In this document: positions 58,399 to 64,000 of the stretch, one piece after another
Layout of the letters: every line of letters starts with the position of its first letter
Numbering within the stretch: the first letter of the stretch is position 1
Source: an uncultured Methanosarcinales archaeon
GTDB lineage: Archaea > Nanobdellota > Nanobdellia > Woesearchaeales > GW2011-AR15
DNA length: 64,000 nt
Direction: 5' to 3'
NCBI GenBank assembly: GCA_964512765.1
Contig: CAZEKF010000001.1
Location: forward strand, 66,366 to 130,365
Notes under the pieces: model-generated
What the model was told of the DNA's origin: nothing
The model's database searches: none
The model's input: the letters and a program-made list of their open reading frames with translations, nothing else
Position numbers and translations under genes: made by a program

Positions 58399-60632
58399 AT
58401 GGAATAGCACTTGTAACAACAGCTGCTAGGTTGTTGGTACCTGCTGCAGGAGAAGTAATAGCATCTGATACTGTAGAAAGCCCGCAACAATCTGTTTCTA
58501 TTTGCCAGGCAATTAATGATCCAGGCAGTATTGGTGGTGATCTAGGCAATTTAGTTAATGCACTGGCATCTGCAGCTAGCCAAGCGCCAAGACATGGTAT
58601 TGGAATGAATGGTGGTGTGGAAAAAATAACAGCAGACGTGTTTGGCTGCGGTGAAATGGAGTTAACTGGCAAGTTTTTATCAACACTACCTGCGGCAGTT
58701 GCATTGTACTATGAACAATCTGACATTTCTTCAATGATTTCCAATGCAAGAAGTTACCCAGGTGGTGACCCTAGCAATGAAATAAGATCTGCTGTAGTTG
58801 TTGCGTTGTCAATGACTGAAAAAGGTAGAAAGATATTATCTGATCATGGAATTAATGGAAACATTAACGATGGAGCACAATTATTAATGGCAGTAAACAG
58901 GTTTGATGGTAAAGGACACGACATTATACCTTTACAAGACGCGTATTATTTAAGAACAGCTCTTCAAAATGGTAGAATTGTTGATGCTACTGCTTATAAC
59001 GAGAAAGCAATGTGGTATTATCAACAGGTAATGTCCAGTCCAATTTTAAGAGCTACCATGACAAGGATATCGATTAGAGAATGGACTCACAGACATGGAG
59101 CACAAAGTTACTGGGTGCAAATGGGTGGACGAATTAATTATTATCCAGACCATCCATCAAAAATATTTAACAGTGGAAAATGGTCAAGTTCTGCCTATGG
59201 AAAATACCAGTGGTTGACAAAGACATGGAATGATTTTTCTAAAAAGTTTCTTAATGCTCCAGGAATGGATCCTGTTTCACAAGAGTTAGGCGCTCCTGTT
59301 TTAATGAGAGAAAAAAGAAGTTGTTTTGATTTAGTTAGAGCAGGAGATAGAAATAGTCTAACAAGTGCTTTATCAGAATTAGGCTGTGAATGGGCAGGTG
59401 TACCGAATAGCTTAGCCAGAAGTGGGTGTATTTCTGGACAAAATCCAGCTGAGTCTGGTCAAGCATTTATAGACGCTGTATTTAGTACACATCTTCAAGA
59501 AGCAGAAAATATGCAAGACCAAGCATTTAAAACATTGTCAAGTGCAGGCCATCTTGGACCTTATTTGATAGTGCCTGCATTTAATTTTCCTGCTGGGTCA
59601 GTTGTTAAACTGCATACAAGTTCAGGTATAGTTGAAGTTCAAGGTCCAATTGCTATTCCAACATCTAATTTAGGCGACTGGGCGCAAAACAATAACTGGT
59701 CAGATACACGCGCGGGAGAATATACACCAGGTAATGGTTCTATTCCAATGAGTTATGTTAAGTGGATTAATGAACCAGACATGAGGCCAGTTGTTAATGT
59801 TCCTCAAGACATTGTTGCTGCACCAGAAGATTATGTGTTAAGTGGTGGTGCATCTTCTGCACCAGGCAGTGTTCCTGCAATGCAACTTGACGACACAGCT
59901 GAGACACTTGGTGTAATAGATCAAACTAGAGTGTCATCATATGGTAAGTTTGATGTGGAGTACGATGATCTTATGACTGCGTTTATAAAATCAGATACAG
60001 AAGTTACGCTTAACATTAGATCAATGAATATGGAAACAATAATTCACCAAGATAATATGTTTAAAATTGCACTAGGTAAAAACCTTGAAGTTGAAGGAGA
60101 CAGTTTGTCCTTAATAGGTTGGGGTAATCAGTTTAACCTTGAAGTTAATCAAAATTCTGCTGTTTTACAGTTACCTCAAAGTGAGGGTTATTTTGGTATA
60201 GGACTTATTTATGAAACAAATGGTATTTCTTATATCTTAAATACCAAAACAATTTTTGAAAGTCCTGCGTTAAGAGGAGAGTTTACATTTTTCGAATTAG
60301 ATTTACCTACAATAACTGATGATAACATGCAAAACCTTGACATTGCAGCTGTTGAACTTTCATGGAAAATGTATCAAGAAACTTTTGGTATTGTTTATAA
60401 TCCAGAAGAAATTGTAGAAAGAAAAGCTGAATGGGAAAGATATTCAAGAGATACTAATCATCCAGCTAATTTCTTTTATGTAGAAGCTGTTGGTATGCTT
60501 GCAAACACACCTATTTTTGGATATAATGATTCAGGTGAAATAATTGCTCTTGAACATGTTACACAGAACATGTTATTGCCTGTTCAAACATATGAATCTA
60601 ATATTGATTATTATCAAGAAGTTATACCTTGA
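58377..60632 (+). CDS. ExIP-tagged protein 7 with a lambda-R/GH104-like lysozyme (lytic transglycosylase) domain
   Basis: ISIREWT (catalytic Glu position), Y..MGG, DHPSK, SSAYGKYQWL..TW, PVSQE, EWAGVP parallel the lambda endolysin motif order; ends DYYQEVIP; no poly-Arg. Confidence 0.8.
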   Translation: MGPANFVNGIALVTTAARLLVPAAGEVIASDTVESPQQSVSICQAINDPGSIGGDLGNLVNALASAASQAPRHGIGMNGGVEKITADVFGCGEMELTGKFLSTLPAAVALYYEQSDISSMISNARSYPGGDPSNEIRSAVVVALSMTEKGRKILSDHGINGNINDGAQLLMAVNRFDGKGHDIIPLQDAYYLRTALQNGRIVDATAYNEKAMWYYQQVMSSPILRATMTRISIREWTHRHGAQSYWVQMGGRINYYPDHPSKIFNSGKWSSSAYGKYQWLTKTWNDFSKKFLNAPGMDPVSQELGAPVLMREKRSCFDLVRAGDRNSLTSALSELGCEWAGVPNSLARSGCISGQNPAESGQAFIDAVFSTHLQEAENMQDQAFKTLSSAGHLGPYLIVPAFNFPAGSVVKLHTSSGIVEVQGPIAIPTSNLGDWAQNNNWSDTRAGEYTPGNGSIPMSYVKWINEPDMRPVVNVPQDIVAAPEDYVLSGGASSAPGSVPAMQLDDTAETLGVIDQTRVSSYGKFDVEYDDLMTAFIKSDTEVTLNIRSMNMETIIHQDNMFKIALGKNLEVEGDSLSLIGWGNQFNLEVNQNSAVLQLPQSEGYFGIGLIYETNGISYILNTKTIFESPALRGEFTFFELDLPTITDDNMQNLDIAAVELSWKMYQETFGIVYNPEEIVERKAEWERYSRDTNHPANFFYVEAVGMLANTPIFGYNDSGEIIALEHVTQNMLLPVQTYESNIDYYQEVIP

Positions 60633-62620
60633 GCTAACACAGAAAGATTGTCATACATTCTCTCTTTTACTTTGTGTTCATTAACACCATACAGTTCACA
60701 AAGCGGTTTTATTTTACCATACGGAATAAGTTTAACTAATCCGCATAAATCACTTGGTTTAAAGTCTAAGAAAGGTGCTAATTTTTCCAGAGTAGTTTTT
60801 AATCCTGTTCTACGAATGAGTTTTTGGACAATTGGGTGGTCATGATGACCATTGCTCATTCCTCTCATTACATCATAGACTTCTTTTGTTCTCTCTGCCA
60901 AGGGATTTTCACTTGGACTATGTTCAGGAAGTTCAGCTGAAAATTCGTCAAGTGTTTTGTAAATAGTTAATCTAATATAGTTAGTCATTATTTTTTTTCT
61001 TGCTTTTTCAATATGTTCTTCATCTATATTTAACAGCACAGATTCTTGTTCTTCTTGTGATAATTCTGTTAATGTTTCACTTACTTCAAATTCTGCAGCA
61101 GCTTCTCTCACTAAACCAACAGGAACATTTTTTAACAAAGTATATATTACTTCAGGATTGCCTCTAAATTTCGAATATTTAATCATGTCTGATCCTGAAA
61201 ATTGATAAAGTGGTAAAGACGTGTGAGCTGCATGATATTCTTTATACATGTCATCTAAACCATTTGTTTGGAGAGGACCTATTAATTGTTCAGCTAGAGC
61301 TGATCTAATCTCTGGCGGAACTGCAGTGAACATAAGATCATATTTATCTGAGTTTGTATCTAATGTTGTTCCTACTCTTCCTAATATCTCACAAAATCTT
61401 GTTAGTTCATGTTGAAGTATTTTTTTAAACTCAATGTCTGGAGGCATTTCACCAATTTTGTTTAAACTAGCATCCAAATACCATTGCCTAGCAAGTTTTG
61501 TTAGTTCTTCATAACTTAACTCAGGCATTAGTTTTGCTATTCTGGAATGTGTTCTTGCATATGTACTCGCTGTTCCTTCACTTACCATGTTTGGATCTTG
61601 GTTGAATAATAACCATGAAAATTGTATTTTAGTATCAGCAAACGGACCTTTTCTCGGATGCCTGGCTTCTTCTAAAAACAAATCATCTATACATGACGGA
61701 GGAGTATTTACCCACATAGAACTTGAATACTCTTTACCAAGATATTCTTGTGCAATAGCGTCGAATAGTGCAAGCATTGGCAAATCTGCTTTTATTCTTT
61801 CTAAAGCAACTTCTCCTATGTAACCAGTTTCTTCAATTAAATCAGCGTGTCTGTTAATCATACTAAGTGATTTTGCATATTCAACCAATGCAGGTTTTAA
61901 ATGTTCAGCCTGACCTTTAATTGATGCAATATCAATATGTTCCCAGATAGGTTTGTCAGATGCACCTGTTTCAAGAGTGTAAGAATTAACGTATTGACAT
62001 ATAATATTTTCTGTTACATCCAAAAGTCCTGTTATAAAACTATACATAGGATTTGAAGTTAAATGAATTTTTCTTAGTCTTCTTAGTAACTGATCCATAT
62101 CATTAGCTTCGTCTATTATAAAATCCAGATGTCCGAAAAAGTTACTTGGTGTAAGATTGCTTAAATTATCTTTTATGGTTCTATCTAAATTATGAATATA
62201 CATTTCACTGTCCAAAACACCGTTAAAAGATAAATTACTAAGAATAAGTTGTTCATATGTTTCATAGTTCAATAATCCTAGTCTAATTGCAAGAGAAATA
62301 GCATTAAAATTTATAGGAAAAATAGTTTTTTTAGATACACTGGCTGTGGATATAGGATCTAGTTTGCTTAGTGGAAAATGTGCTCTTGGAATGGATATGG
62401 TTTTTTCCTCATATTTAGGTATTAATTCTTCTTCAGTTAGCAAACCGCGCCATATTGTGTCTACTAAAACTAAATCAGGTTCTGGAACAAAAGGTATTTC
62501 TTCTTGAGGTTCAGGAAATAATGGTTTATGTCCATTTACCTGTTCTTGAGGTTTATAATCTCGAATATGTCTTGTACGAACTTGTGTTATTTCACGTACT
62601 CTAGTAGGTTTTTTCCCCAT
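60614..62620 (-). CDS. Hypothetical, mostly helical protein with a basic N-terminus
   Basis: 668-aa ORF starting MGKKPTRVREITQVRTRHIR; no family recognised. Confidence 0.65.
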   Translation of the reverse strand: MGKKPTRVREITQVRTRHIRDYKPQEQVNGHKPLFPEPQEEIPFVPEPDLVLVDTIWRGLLTEEELIPKYEEKTISIPRAHFPLSKLDPISTASVSKKTIFPINFNAISLAIRLGLLNYETYEQLILSNLSFNGVLDSEMYIHNLDRTIKDNLSNLTPSNFFGHLDFIIDEANDMDQLLRRLRKIHLTSNPMYSFITGLLDVTENIICQYVNSYTLETGASDKPIWEHIDIASIKGQAEHLKPALVEYAKSLSMINRHADLIEETGYIGEVALERIKADLPMLALFDAIAQEYLGKEYSSSMWVNTPPSCIDDLFLEEARHPRKGPFADTKIQFSWLLFNQDPNMVSEGTASTYARTHSRIAKLMPELSYEELTKLARQWYLDASLNKIGEMPPDIEFKKILQHELTRFCEILGRVGTTLDTNSDKYDLMFTAVPPEIRSALAEQLIGPLQTNGLDDMYKEYHAAHTSLPLYQFSGSDMIKYSKFRGNPEVIYTLLKNVPVGLVREAAAEFEVSETLTELSQEEQESVLLNIDEEHIEKARKKIMTNYIRLTIYKTLDEFSAELPEHSPSENPLAERTKEVYDVMRGMSNGHHDHPIVQKLIRRTGLKTTLEKLAPFLDFKPSDLCGLVKLIPYGKIKPLCELYGVNEHKVKERMYDNLSVLAQGITS

Positions 62621-62729
62621 TTTGCTACTAAAAAGTAATAAATATTATATAAATCTTTCCTTTTTGTTATTATTTGATAGTGGTTAAAAAAGTTAAATTT
62701 AAATATAAATTTGTTTTACAGAGGGTAAA

Positions 62730-64000
62730 ATGGCTAGTAGAGCGAAGAGACGTAGAAAACTTGTTAAGTTTGCTTTTGGAGCTATGGTACCTCTTACTGC
62801 TTTGTCATTAGGTTTTCTAGGTTACACAGTTCTTAATCCAGAAGGTGCTAAAAAACTTATAGTAAATGCATTTGATGGACTTCCTGAAATATCAATTTCG
62901 GACTTATTAGGAGATATAGATGTGAATTTGCCTAGTCTTCAAGACTTAATTCTTGGAGAAAGAAATCCTGAGGAAGGAGTGTTTAATCTAACTCTTTTTG
63001 GAAATACAGATTACAGATACTCAATAAAAACTGATTTTTTAGCAGTGCTAAGTTCTGGTGATTTAGGTGTTTCAACAGGTAATTTAAATATTTCTAGCCA
63101 AACTATCTTACTTTTACCAGAAGCTATACTAAGAGCACAATATCCACTTGTTGGTCAAGGGCCTAAATTTAGCTTATACAATGATTTTGAACTGCTTCAC
63201 GATACTAATGTGTGCATGCCAAAAGAAGATAAATTTGATTGTGCAGTTTATCCTGCAGGTACAGTGTTCTCAGGAGAAGAACATTTAGGCCAGATTCCAT
63301 TGGTAGTTACACCAAGGAAAGTATTACAAGGTCCACAATTATTAGATGCAGACGGTAATCCAAAATTTGATAATCACGTGATTTTTTCTTTTATTGATTA
63401 TGCAGGAATGGTAACTAATTCAGGATCATTCCAACTGTATGCAACACCTGAAGAAGTTTATGAATTAATGCAAGGTACAGAATTAACACTTCAGCAAGCA
63501 GAACAACAAGTAATTGATCAAAAACAACAAGCATTAGATTCGCTTTTATTAGAATTTTTTGATGAGAATGGTGCTGTAAAACAAGATGCGTTTTATGAAG
63601 ATCCATTAACCCAAGAAAAATTCTATGGTCAACAAGGATTTTGGGAAGCTATAATGGATGCAAATTTAGCTCCAACTAAAGAATCTGTACAAAAACAGGT
63701 CACGCAAGGTTATGTTAGTACAACCATGGTTTGGGAGACAGCTCCTGGTTCAATATCAGTTCAGTTAATGGATCTTGAACATGGAAATGTTAAATTTAAA
63801 AACATAATAAGAGACTGGTTTGATACTATTACAACAGATCCTAATACAGGTCAATCTTTAGAGTTCGAAAACAAAGCAATAGCACTTGATAGAGTTAGTG
63901 ATATTCCTCATGGTTTTGTAGAATGGTTTAATCAATACGTAGGCGGTCCTTTATTATATGCTGGTCCAATCGAGGTTAATAATCTTCAACAACCTGCACG
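62730..64000 (+). CDS. Arg-rich signal-anchor protein, truncated by the window end (not in the ORF track)
   Basis: Manual translation MASRAKRRRKLVKFAFGAMVPLTALSLGFLGYTVLNP...; frame open for more than 420 codons to 64000. Confidence 0.8.
   Translation, partial: MASRAKRRRKLVKFAFGAMVPLTALSLGFLGYTVLNPEGAKKLIVNAFDGLPEISISDLLGDIDVNLPSLQDLILGERNPEEGVFNLTLFGNTDYRYSIKTDFLAVLSSGDLGVSTGNLNISSQTILLLPEAILRAQYPLVGQGPKFSLYNDFELLHDTNVCMPKEDKFDCAVYPAGTVFSGEEHLGQIPLVVTPRKVLQGPQLLDADGNPKFDNHVIFSFIDYAGMVTNSGSFQLYATPEEVYELMQGTELTLQQAEQQVIDQKQQALDSLLLEFFDENGAVKQDAFYEDPLTQEKFYGQQGFWEAIMDANLAPTKESVQKQVTQGYVSTTMVWETAPGSISVQLMDLEHGNVKFKNIIRDWFDTITTDPNTGQSLEFENKAIALDRVSDIPHGFVEWFNQYVGGPLLYAGPIEVNNLQQPA

Overview
AT-rich archaeal chromosome segment. 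The gene content (secY, aglB, aIF5B, aEF-1beta, Trm1, Rio1, Fap7-like kinase, CDC48, archaeal GlmU), TATA-type promoters and compact organisation suggest a DPANN/Woesearchaeota-like organism; this is an inference. Bases 1-14.4 kb form a protein-export and glycosylation locus. Bases 14.4-45 kb are mostly housekeeping genes. They include a glmM-glmU-glmS operon, two free-standing LAGLIDADG-domain genes sharing an upstream DNA element, and a metA gene preceded by an internally deleted metY remnant. The standout is an accessory island from about 45 kb to the window end. It encodes a family of modular proteins built as [poly-Arg N-terminus]-[single hydrophobic helix]-[Thr/Pro stalk]-[variable hydrolase cargo]-[acidic C-terminal (D/E/Q)E-x-I-P-stop tag]. 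The cargos include three unrelated peptidoglycan-hydrolase families (NlpC/P60, M23, lambda-R/GH104-like), plus phosphatases, a phosphodiester glycosidase, a HEXXH peptidase and glycoside-hydrolase folds. These genes share near-identical junction DNA and a common promoter motif, and are interspersed with large unknown proteins that could be partner machinery. All family calls come from reading motifs by eye; no database search was run. No rRNA, tRNA or CRISPR array was recognised.
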